From the IMG/VR virus record IMGVR_UViG_3300021425_004462, positions 58,060 through 122,059 of that record: a stretch of 64,000 nt of DNA. One strand, given 5' to 3'. The translations under genes were made by a program, and so were the position numbers. The notes beneath the pieces were generated by a model, which did no database searches, had not been told where the DNA came from, and was given only the letters and a program-made list of their open reading frames with translations. Source of the DNA: a virus. Below, in pieces: positions 18,817 to 27,124 of the stretch (position 1 is its first letter; each line of letters starts with the position of its first letter).

Positions 18817-19620
18817 GTGAAAAGGATAGCTATATGCTTTAGGGGAAAATGTTCCGACGAAAATATACATTGGGCTACAGGCACGCTTAGAAAAACAGAT
18901 TACAAAAAAACCTTAATTTCTATAAGAAATAATTTAATAAATACTAACCCAAATTATAATTTCGACATATACCTACATGGCTGGATATCTGAAGAAGCTG
19001 ACTCAAACAAGATAGAATCAGATTTTAATGCAAAATTAAGCAAACTTGACAAACAGATAGACTTTTCTCCGTATTACGAAAAAATTAAAAACTACAGAGA
19101 GATATTGCAATCTAGATTTAGCCATTTACATCAGAAAAATCAATATTCCTACAATGATATAAAATTTTTCGATTATTTTAATAATATATTCTCATATGCA
19201 TACAGTATATCTAATGCGGTAAAACTAATAGATCAACCTAAGAATTACGAATTAATAATAAATACTAGATACGACATTAATTTAATAGAAGCCATAAATT
19301 TAAATTCACTAGATAAAAATAAAACTTATACTGACAACACAGGATTAAACCACAGCCCTCTATTTTATGGTGATTTCATACATATTTCGAAACCAGAGAA
19401 GAGTGTTTTATGGGCAAATTTTTTCAATTTTTTAAGCGAAGAGATCTTCTTTAAAAAAGATTTTGAACAATGGGCGAGAAGCTTTAAATCAAAAAATATT
19501 AACGGAAAAACCGACCACGGTATATATTCACCTCAAATGATATACGCTAATTTTTCCCAGACACACACACCACACAGAGATGTTGTGCCAAAAATAAACG
19601 CATCACTTTTTAGATATTAA
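18817..19620 (+). CDS. Putative glycan-modifying protein
   Basis: RIAICFRG...DIYLHGW...YELIINTRYD; same motif pattern as 15477-16265. Confidence 0.5.
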   Translation: MKRIAICFRGKCSDENIHWATGTLRKTDYKKTLISIRNNLINTNPNYNFDIYLHGWISEEADSNKIESDFNAKLSKLDKQIDFSPYYEKIKNYREILQSRFSHLHQKNQYSYNDIKFFDYFNNIFSYAYSISNAVKLIDQPKNYELIINTRYDINLIEAINLNSLDKNKTYTDNTGLNHSPLFYGDFIHISKPEKSVLWANFFNFLSEEIFFKKDFEQWARSFKSKNINGKTDHGIYSPQMIYANFSQTHTPHRDVVPKINASLFRY

Positions 19621-19622
19621 TA

Positions 19623-21044
19623 ATGATAAAAGCGGTACTATTTGACTTAGATGGAGTTCTCGTTGACTCAAGAGAAATGCATTACCTAGCACTAAATAAA
19701 GCTTTAGAATATATAGATCCAAAATTTATAATCAAAAGAGAAGAACATCTATCTACTTTTGACGGTTTACCAACAAAAAGTAAACTCAATAAATTAACAG
19801 AAACAAAAGGTTTACCAAAAGATCTTTACAATGAAGTATGGAAGCTTAAGCAAAAATTTACAGTTGAAGCAATAAACGAGCAGTACTCTGTAGATGAGAG
19901 ATTGTGTGGTATACTTAAAAATTTAAAGGAAAAAGGGATCAAAATGTGCGTTTGCTCTAATTCTATCAGAGAAACTACAAAAATGATACTTTTAAGGAAG
20001 GGGCTTATAGAGTATATTGAATTTTTGATAACGAATGAAGACGTAAAGAATCCAAAGCCTAACCCTGAGATGTATTTAAGGGCAATGATACGACTTGGAT
20101 TATCACCTAAAGAATGTGTTATAGTAGAGGATTCTCACATTGGAAGAAAGGCAGCTATGCTATCAGGAGCAAGTCTTTGCGCTGTAATAAATCCAAATGA
20201 TGTCGAATTATCTAAAATAGAATATATTATACAAAAAGCAAATGATAAATCAAAACTCAACCCCAAATGGCAAGGAGGAAAAATGAACGTACTTATACCA
20301 ATGGCTGGAGCGGGATCCAGATTCGAAAAAGCTGGATATACATTCCCTAAACCATTAATCGAAGTTAGAGGTCAACCAATGATACAGGCAGTCGTCAATA
20401 ATATAAATATTGACGCAAAACATATCTTTATAGTGCAAAAGGAACACTTTAAAAAGTACAACCTAAAAGAAACTTTAAATGCAATATCACCAGGTTGTGA
20501 TATCGTAACAGTAGAAGGAGTAACTGAAGGCGCAGCTTGCACAACCTTATTAGCTAAAGATTTAATAAATAACAACGAACCTTTATTAATAGCAAACTCA
20601 GATCAATTTGTAGAATGGGATAGTAATCAATTCATGTACTCTATGGTGGGAGACACTATTGACGGAGGTATACTAACATTCTACTCTACGCACCCCAAAT
20701 GGAGCTACGCAAAATTAAATGAAGACGGTTTTGTTTCGGAGGTTCAAGAGAAGAAACCTATAAGTGATAAAGCTACAGTAGGTATTTACTACTGGACGAA
20801 AGGCTCTGATTACGTCAAATACGCAGAGCAAATGATTGAAAATAATACAAGGGTGAACAACGAGTTCTACGTATGCCCTGTTTACAATGAAGCTATCAAA
20901 GACAACAAGAAAATTAAAATTTTTGATATTCCGAAGATGTGGGGCTTAGGAACACCAGAAGACCTAAATTATTTTTTAGAGCACCAAGGAAAAGAAGATT
21001 CTGATCCAGATATGTGGGCTAACACCCCAAACCCTAATGAATAA
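19623..21044 (+). CDS. HAD phosphatase fused to a nucleotidyltransferase (NTP_transferase)
   Basis: FDLDGVLVD, KPNPEMY and VEDS (HAD); PMAGAGSRF..GYTFPKPLI, EKKPIS and GLGTPEDL. Confidence 0.9.
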   Translation: MIKAVLFDLDGVLVDSREMHYLALNKALEYIDPKFIIKREEHLSTFDGLPTKSKLNKLTETKGLPKDLYNEVWKLKQKFTVEAINEQYSVDERLCGILKNLKEKGIKMCVCSNSIRETTKMILLRKGLIEYIEFLITNEDVKNPKPNPEMYLRAMIRLGLSPKECVIVEDSHIGRKAAMLSGASLCAVINPNDVELSKIEYIIQKANDKSKLNPKWQGGKMNVLIPMAGAGSRFEKAGYTFPKPLIEVRGQPMIQAVVNNINIDAKHIFIVQKEHFKKYNLKETLNAISPGCDIVTVEGVTEGAACTTLLAKDLINNNEPLLIANSDQFVEWDSNQFMYSMVGDTIDGGILTFYSTHPKWSYAKLNEDGFVSEVQEKKPISDKATVGIYYWTKGSDYVKYAEQMIENNTRVNNEFYVCPVYNEAIKDNKKIKIFDIPKMWGLGTPEDLNYFLEHQGKEDSDPDMWANTPNPNE

Positions 21045-21363
21045 GTTTAATTTAAAAGATTTTACAAGAGGCTGGTTCATTGGCAACTTCAACCCTTCTC
21101 TAATTAAAACTAACGATGTTGAAGTTGGAGTTAAAGAATATAAAGCTGGAGATTATGAAGAATTTCATCACCACAAGATTTCAACAGAAATCACTTGCAT
21201 TACAAAAGGAGAAGTAGAAATGAATGGAGTGAGGTATAAAGAGGGAGATATTATTGAAATAAAACCCTTAGAAGGTACAGACTTCAAGGCGATTACAGAC
21301 AGTCAAAATGTTGTCATAAAACTTCCTGGGGCAAATGATGACAAATATCTAGGAAAAGCATGA
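21037..21363 (+). CDS. Cupin-fold protein
   Basis: RGWFIGNF.P, HHHKISTE.T.I..G; typical neighbour of this nucleotidyltransferase type. Confidence 0.75.
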   Translation: MNKFNLKDFTRGWFIGNFNPSLIKTNDVEVGVKEYKAGDYEEFHHHKISTEITCITKGEVEMNGVRYKEGDIIEIKPLEGTDFKAITDSQNVVIKLPGANDDKYLGKA

Positions 21364-21782
21364 TACTAGTATCTCATAGAGGAAATATATCTGGACCAAA
21401 TCCAGAAAAAGAAAATCATCCAGACTACATAAAAGAAGCTCTTTCGCAAGGATTTGATGTAGAGGTAGATATATGGGGAGATAAAGAATTATGGCTTGGT
21501 CACGATAAACCTCAATACAAATGCTCAGTTAGTTTCCTTATTAACAATTACCAAAAGCTATGGATCCATTGCAAAAACTTAATAGCTATAGATATATTGT
21601 CTGAATTTAAAGTTTTAAATTACTTCTGGCATCAAAACGATGACTATACATTAACCTCTAAAAATTTTATATGGACATACCCAGGTAAACACGTATGCAA
21701 TAAAAGCGTCTTAGTTGTAGATGACGCAAGAGAATATGCTGGCCCGATTTGCTTTGGTTTATGCTCTGACTATATTAGGTGA
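21360..21782 (+). CDS. Short GDPD/PLC-like phosphodiesterase
   Basis: SHRGN, ENHP, GFDVEVD, LGHD, WIHCKN, CSDY. Confidence 0.75.
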   Translation: MILVSHRGNISGPNPEKENHPDYIKEALSQGFDVEVDIWGDKELWLGHDKPQYKCSVSFLINNYQKLWIHCKNLIAIDILSEFKVLNYFWHQNDDYTLTSKNFIWTYPGKHVCNKSVLVVDDAREYAGPICFGLCSDYIR

Positions 21783-22645
21783 ATATTAGCGATATATTTT
21801 CAAAAAATTATTTCAAACATAACTACCACTTAAGCCAGGAGCAAAGATTTCTTCACAGCTTCCTTGAAAGGTACTTATTGAGAATGGAGCGGTACATTGA
21901 AACCGTATCTATAATTATTCAAGGAAAATTAAACAAGAGGTCTATTGATACCATTCCAGAATACTTAAAGTATGGGGAAGTTATTATCAGCTGCTGGGAC
22001 AATGATGATTTATCTATGCTTGATAAATATAAAGATAAAGTTAAAATCATAATAAATAAATATTCGAACGCAAAAACAAAACAAAAAAAAACAGGAAGTC
22101 AAGCTCCCTGGATCTTTCAAAATTTAACAACACTAAACGGCCTTAATGCCGCAAGCGGATACTTATGCATTAAGTTAAGATCTGATGAAAGTTATCCTAT
22201 CCTAGACCCATTAATAAATAAATTTAAAAATAATAGAGACACAAAAGATCCAAGTACGAATTTGTACAAAGATTATAAAATAATCACATCAAACATTTAC
22301 TTTAGGCACGACAGAGAGAACAAATTTCACCCATCAGATCACATAATAGCAGGAACAAAAAGTCGAATGCTAGAGTCCTTTAAGTTATCAAACTCCTATT
22401 GTTATAAACCTCACACAAAATTCCCAGAGCAATTAATAGCTCACGCAATAATTAACAGCTATTTCGACCCCGTTAATAAAAGAAAAGATAGAGTAAAAAA
22501 CGAAAATTCTAAAGAGTTAATGAAAAAACATTTTGACATAATAAGAATAAAAGATTTACCTAATCATATATGGACTTCAAGCTACAGAAAGTATGATCCA
22601 TTATACAGCGAAGAAGACTGGTGTCATGATATAAATTCCATATAA
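21779..22645 (+). CDS. WavE-like lipopolysaccharide synthesis protein
   Basis: SIIIQG, VIISCW, Q..TTLNGL, IKLRSDE, FHPSDH, PEQ. Confidence 0.65.
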   Translation: MNISDIFSKNYFKHNYHLSQEQRFLHSFLERYLLRMERYIETVSIIIQGKLNKRSIDTIPEYLKYGEVIISCWDNDDLSMLDKYKDKVKIIINKYSNAKTKQKKTGSQAPWIFQNLTTLNGLNAASGYLCIKLRSDESYPILDPLINKFKNNRDTKDPSTNLYKDYKIITSNIYFRHDRENKFHPSDHIIAGTKSRMLESFKLSNSYCYKPHTKFPEQLIAHAIINSYFDPVNKRKDRVKNENSKELMKKHFDIIRIKDLPNHIWTSSYRKYDPLYSEEDWCHDINSI

Positions 22646-22652
22646 ATAATAG

Positions 22653-22687
22653 TTGAGAAAATAAATACAGGACATATAATCCTGTAT
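22653..22687 (+). promoter_or_regulatory. Sigma70-type promoter with an 8-bp inverted repeat around the -10 box
   Basis: TTGAGA-16 nt-TATAAT-8 nt-ATG 22689; ATACAGGA(22665-22672)-CATATAA-TCCTGTAT(22680-22687). Confidence 0.7.
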
Positions 22688-22688
22688 C

Positions 22689-23249
22689 ATGAGTATTTCA
22701 CTTTATAAACCAAATAGCAAAAACACAGGGTGTGCTTTTAATTTTAAAATCGGAGTAAATAAGTCTAAAGAACCTGTAATTTACGCAAGCGCTATCCAGC
22801 AGTATAGCTGGGACGATTCAAAGAAAACCGGAAACTTTTCAGGAAACGGGACTGATCCAGATAAAAAAATAAACTTAAAATTCACAGAGTTTGAAATAGG
22901 TGGAATAATTAGCGCTTTTAAAAACAGAAATGAATTCTCTACATTTCACGCGTTCGAAGAGAATAAGACGTCAATCAAATGCACCCCATGGGATAAAAAA
23001 AGTAAAGTAAAACAAGGAGATAAAGAAACCTGGGTGACTATACCTGCATTCGGAATTAATGTTACGCGAAACGGTAATCAAATTTTCAGAATACCCATTG
23101 AACCTGGAGAAGTTGAAAATTTAATGGAATTTTTAAAATTTTATCTATCAGAACTATATAAACATAGAAGAAAAGAAGAGATTAAAAGACTCAAAGAATC
23201 CCAATCACAAAACACTTCATCAGGTAATAGCGGCGCAGCCCCTTTTTAA
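22689..23249 (+). CDS. Hypothetical protein, possibly a Whirly/PC4-fold ssDNA-binding protein
   Basis: SLYKP..., WD..KK, K(F)TEFEIGGII pattern; ends in ...AAPF. Confidence 0.4.
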   Translation: MSISLYKPNSKNTGCAFNFKIGVNKSKEPVIYASAIQQYSWDDSKKTGNFSGNGTDPDKKINLKFTEFEIGGIISAFKNRNEFSTFHAFEENKTSIKCTPWDKKSKVKQGDKETWVTIPAFGINVTRNGNQIFRIPIEPGEVENLMEFLKFYLSELYKHRRKEEIKRLKESQSQNTSSGNSGAAPF

Positions 23250-25153
23250 TGAAGAAAAAAATCTTAATACATAGTAATCATTGTAAAGCGTATACGGGTT
23301 TTGGTAAAAATGCTAAAAACATTCTACTCCATTTACATAAAACAGGTAAATATGAAATAGTAGAATTTTCAAACGGCATTAAATGGGGAGACCCTTCTTT
23401 AAGTTTATTACCATGGAAAGCTCAAGGTTCGCTACCAAACGACCCCTCTATAATTAAAAAAATAAATCAAGATCAAGCCTTATACAGAAACGCTGGTTAT
23501 GGCGGGCAAACTATAGACAAAATTATAGAAGAAGAGAAACCAGATCTTTATTTAGGGATTGAAGATATTTGGGCCTTTTCTGGTTATACAGACAAAAAAT
23601 GGTGGAATAAAATAAATTGCGCAATCTGGACTACCCTAGATAGCCTACCAATTTTACCCGAAGCAGTTAGCGCCGCTCCTAAAATAAAAAATTATTTCAC
23701 TTGGTCTTCTTTCGCATCTAAAGCTTTAAACAAACTAGGGTATGATCATGTAAAAACCTTACATGGAGCAATAGATTGTAAAAATTTTTACAAAATTAAA
23801 GATGAAAAAAAATTAAATCTTAGGAAAAAATTCAATATAAGCGACAAAGATTTCGTAATTGGTTTTGTATTCAGGAATCAACTAAGAAAATCTGTACCAA
23901 ACTTATTAGAAGGTTATAAAATTTTCTGCAAAGAAAACCCTGACTGTTCCGCAAAACTTCTATTGCATACTCACTGGAAAGAAGGTTGGGATATAACTTC
24001 CTTAATTAAAGAAAAAGGCATTAACCCTAAAAACATTTTAACAACCTATATCTGCTCTCATTGTAAAAATTTTGAAATAAAACCTTACGAAGAAGAGGGC
24101 AAGGATTGTCGACTTTGTGGTGCAGAAAAATCACAGGTAACTCCAAACACAAAATTAGGAGTTACAGAGTCTCAACTTAATGAAATATACAATATCATGG
24201 ATGTTTACTGCCATCCATTTACTAGCGGAGGTCAAGAAATACCAATACAAGAAGCTAAATTAACAGAGCTTGTTACCCTAGTAACAAATTATAGTTGCGG
24301 AGAAGACTGCTGTACAGAAGAAAGCGGAGGCTTACCATTAAATTGGTCTGAATACAGAGAACCTGGAACTCAATTTATTAAAGCCAGTACAAGCGCAAAA
24401 AGCATAGCAAATCAACTAAAAAAAGTTTTAAAAATGAAGCCCGCAAAACTAAAAGAGTTAGGGCAAAAAGCTAGAAACTTTGTTATAAATAATTATAGCA
24501 CTGAAGTTATAGGAAAAAAACTTGAAGATTTAATAGATGGCATGCCTAAAGTAGATTGGGATTTTGATTTCAAGCCTGTAGAAAAAAACCCAGACTATAA
24601 CCCCCCAGAAATTAAAGATGATGGAGATTTCGTAAAAGATCTATACAAAAATATTCTTCAACTCGAGGTCGGAGAATCCGATGAAGGTTATCTCCACTGG
24701 ATTAAAAGACTTTCCTCAGATATGGATAGAGACTCCGTGTTAGCTTATTTTAAAAATGTAGCTAAAAAAGAAAACAAAAAAAACGAAAAGATAGATTTTA
24801 GAGACATACTGGATAAAGATGACGAAGGAAAAAGATTGCTTTTCTCTATACCAGAAAGTATTGGAGATATATACATGTGCACATCTTTATTAAAAAATAT
24901 AAAAAAATTATACCCCAAATATAATATTTATTTTGCAACAAAACCAGAATATTTTGAAATTTTAGAAGGTAACCCTTATATACATAAAGTTATACCTTAT
25001 AGTAACAGTCTAGACAGTCTTCCTGCCATGGAGGGACAAGGCAACCATAAAGGTTATTTCGAAATAGCTTTCCTACCCTTTATCGGCACACAAAGAATGT
25101 TAAATTACATACATAATGGAAAGGATAAAATACAATTTAATATATGCACTTAA
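23249..25153 (+). CDS. GT4 glycosyltransferase with a Zn-ribbon insertion + DUF4214-like helical domain + GT9 N-terminal lobe
   Basis: TGFGK, RNQLRK, HPFTSGGQEIPIQEAKL; CSHC...CRLC; FVKDLYKNIL..EGYLHW; SIGDIYMCT..NPYIHKV. Confidence 0.75.
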   Translation: MKKKILIHSNHCKAYTGFGKNAKNILLHLHKTGKYEIVEFSNGIKWGDPSLSLLPWKAQGSLPNDPSIIKKINQDQALYRNAGYGGQTIDKIIEEEKPDLYLGIEDIWAFSGYTDKKWWNKINCAIWTTLDSLPILPEAVSAAPKIKNYFTWSSFASKALNKLGYDHVKTLHGAIDCKNFYKIKDEKKLNLRKKFNISDKDFVIGFVFRNQLRKSVPNLLEGYKIFCKENPDCSAKLLLHTHWKEGWDITSLIKEKGINPKNILTTYICSHCKNFEIKPYEEEGKDCRLCGAEKSQVTPNTKLGVTESQLNEIYNIMDVYCHPFTSGGQEIPIQEAKLTELVTLVTNYSCGEDCCTEESGGLPLNWSEYREPGTQFIKASTSAKSIANQLKKVLKMKPAKLKELGQKARNFVINNYSTEVIGKKLEDLIDGMPKVDWDFDFKPVEKNPDYNPPEIKDDGDFVKDLYKNILQLEVGESDEGYLHWIKRLSSDMDRDSVLAYFKNVAKKENKKNEKIDFRDILDKDDEGKRLLFSIPESIGDIYMCTSLLKNIKKLYPKYNIYFATKPEYFEILEGNPYIHKVIPYSNSLDSLPAMEGQGNHKGYFEIAFLPFIGTQRMLNYIHNGKDKIQFNICT

Positions 25154-26298
25154 TAGAACAATATGCACTTTCGTGTGGAGTTAAAATAGATAAGCCACAT
25201 ATTGAAGAATCATTCTTTCCAGTACCTTTTGAAAAATACATAACCATTCATGCTAGTAGCGGCATGGACTCCAAAAACTATGATTACTATTCAGACGTCA
25301 TAGAAATGATTACTCCATATTTAGCAGAAAAAGATATTCATATTATACAGATTGGAGCCAAAGACGACATAAAATTAGATGGCTGTGAACATTTAAACGG
25401 AACAACTACAATAAGACAGACATCTTATATAATTAAAAATAGTTTATTACATTTTGGCAACGACTCATTCTCAACTCATGTAGCTTCAGGTTTTAATAAA
25501 AAAATAGTTTGCCTATATAGTATATTATACAAAGAATGTTGCGGCCCATATTGGGGCGATAAAAACAATCAGATCTTAATAGAGTCACACAGAAACGGAC
25601 TGAAACCGTCTTTTTCGAACAAAGAATCTCCCAAAAGTATTAATTTAATAAATCCAGAAACTATAGCCTCCAGCATACTAAATTTACTAGAGATAGATAA
25701 TGAATTAGAAAAAATTAATACAATATACATAGGTAAGGAATACGCTTCATCATCAGTTTCTGTTGTTCCAAACTATGTAATGCCATCAAATTTTGCGCAA
25801 GGACAACCAATGAATATATGGGGCCACGAGTTCTTCGATGAGGGAAATATAGTCCAATGGGCATATGGAAGAAAATGTAATATTTTTTTAAAACAGAACA
25901 TGTCAGTAAAATACCTAGACACAATAAGGCAAAACATTAATCAAATCAATTATTTCATAAATGATAATACTGACGCGAAATACTTTGAAGTTTTAGAGAG
26001 AGGAGGTATTAATTTTAAACTAGTTTGTGAAGATGCAAATAAAATCAATGAGTACAGAACGAAATTTTTCGACTGGAACATTCACCTAGTAGAAAAAAAA
26101 CAAAAAAAAGACCTTGACATAATAGACAAAATCTGCGATAATACTCGCTATAAAAGCTCCCTACAAATACTATCAAATGGAAAAATGTATAATAGCAAAG
26201 CAGCCTGGAGGCAAGATATCACAGAAAGTGATAAAATTATAGATTGCGATGAATTCTGGGAGCAAGTAGAACACTTCAAACTTTACAACAAAAATTAA
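25144..26298 (+). CDS. GT9 C-terminal lobe + unknown domain
   Basis: YITIHASSG..KNY, IIQIG, LHFGNDSFSTHVASGFNKKIVCLY. Confidence 0.7.
   Translation: MHLIEQYALSCGVKIDKPHIEESFFPVPFEKYITIHASSGMDSKNYDYYSDVIEMITPYLAEKDIHIIQIGAKDDIKLDGCEHLNGTTTIRQTSYIIKNSLLHFGNDSFSTHVASGFNKKIVCLYSILYKECCGPYWGDKNNQILIESHRNGLKPSFSNKESPKSINLINPETIASSILNLLEIDNELEKINTIYIGKEYASSSVSVVPNYVMPSNFAQGQPMNIWGHEFFDEGNIVQWAYGRKCNIFLKQNMSVKYLDTIRQNINQINYFINDNTDAKYFEVLERGGINFKLVCEDANKINEYRTKFFDWNIHLVEKKQKKDLDIIDKICDNTRYKSSLQILSNGKMYNSKAAWRQDITESDKIIDCDEFWEQVEHFKLYNKN
26114..26142 (+). promoter_or_regulatory. Intragenic sigma70-type promoter upstream of 26300
   Basis: TTGACA-17 nt-GATAAT with a TGn extension. Confidence 0.55.
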
Positions 26299-26299
26299 T

Positions 26300-27121
26300 A
26301 TGTCAACAAAAACAACCGCAGATAATTCAGTAACATACGAAGCGCAAACTTCAATTAAAACTTCTAAAAAATCGATACCAGAAAAATATTTAAAAGGTCC
26401 AGGTCGTTTTTGTAGAGATGGATTTGGACTATTAAATGAAGTATCATACGAATTTGATGAAGATGGCTCAGTGAATTGGAGATCTATGATCAAAGATGAA
26501 CATTTATTCCCAAATAAATCATGGTTCGATTTACGCAAAAAAGATGTACCGAGAACAATCGACGGACTAAAAGATCATCAATTGCTTATTAAATTGTCGG
26601 GAATCAAAGAGCTTGCCAAACTGCGAGGGTTCTCGGACGTATCTTATGAAGTTGTTAAATGTCAATCAGATCACGTTGCAGTTATCTGTAGAGTAACTTT
26701 TTTACCTAATTACGAAACAGGAGGTAAAGCTGTAACCTTTCAAGATATGGCGAATGCAACTTTAAACAATACAAGTAGTTTTGCAACAAAGTTTTTAGAG
26801 ACTATAGCCTGCAACCGCGCATTTGTACGCTGTGTTAGAAACTTTCTTAACGTTCATATCGTTGGAGATGATGAAATAGACAAATCTTCTCTTAATAATA
26901 ATACACAAGTTAATGTATCCGCAACACTGACACCCTATTCAATGATAGAAAATTTAGCTAAAGATAAATTAAATTGTGGAAACTTTGAAGAATTTAAAGT
27001 TGTTCTTCGTGACTGGTGGGCCGCAGGTAAATATAAAAACGACGAAGTTAAAAACTGGAACGACTATTCAGATATTCCCGCAACACAAGCAAGAATATTA
27101 ATGAAAGTAATAAACGAATAA
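26300..27121 (+). CDS. Putative single-strand annealing protein (Rad52/Sak/RecT-like superfamily)
   Basis: IKLSGIKELAKLRG...ANAT..N....FLETIACNRAFVRCVRNFLNV...DEI. Confidence 0.6.
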   Translation: MSTKTTADNSVTYEAQTSIKTSKKSIPEKYLKGPGRFCRDGFGLLNEVSYEFDEDGSVNWRSMIKDEHLFPNKSWFDLRKKDVPRTIDGLKDHQLLIKLSGIKELAKLRGFSDVSYEVVKCQSDHVAVICRVTFLPNYETGGKAVTFQDMANATLNNTSSFATKFLETIACNRAFVRCVRNFLNVHIVGDDEIDKSSLNNNTQVNVSATLTPYSMIENLAKDKLNCGNFEEFKVVLRDWWAAGKYKNDEVKNWNDYSDIPATQARILMKVINE

Positions 27122-27124
27122 AGT

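Noticed and set aside
14527-26298. A host capsule/LPS locus (bacterial chromosome flanking a prophage)
   Set aside because: Interleaved with phage-type genes in the same compact style; no transporters, flippase/polymerase, integrase or housekeeping genes seen.
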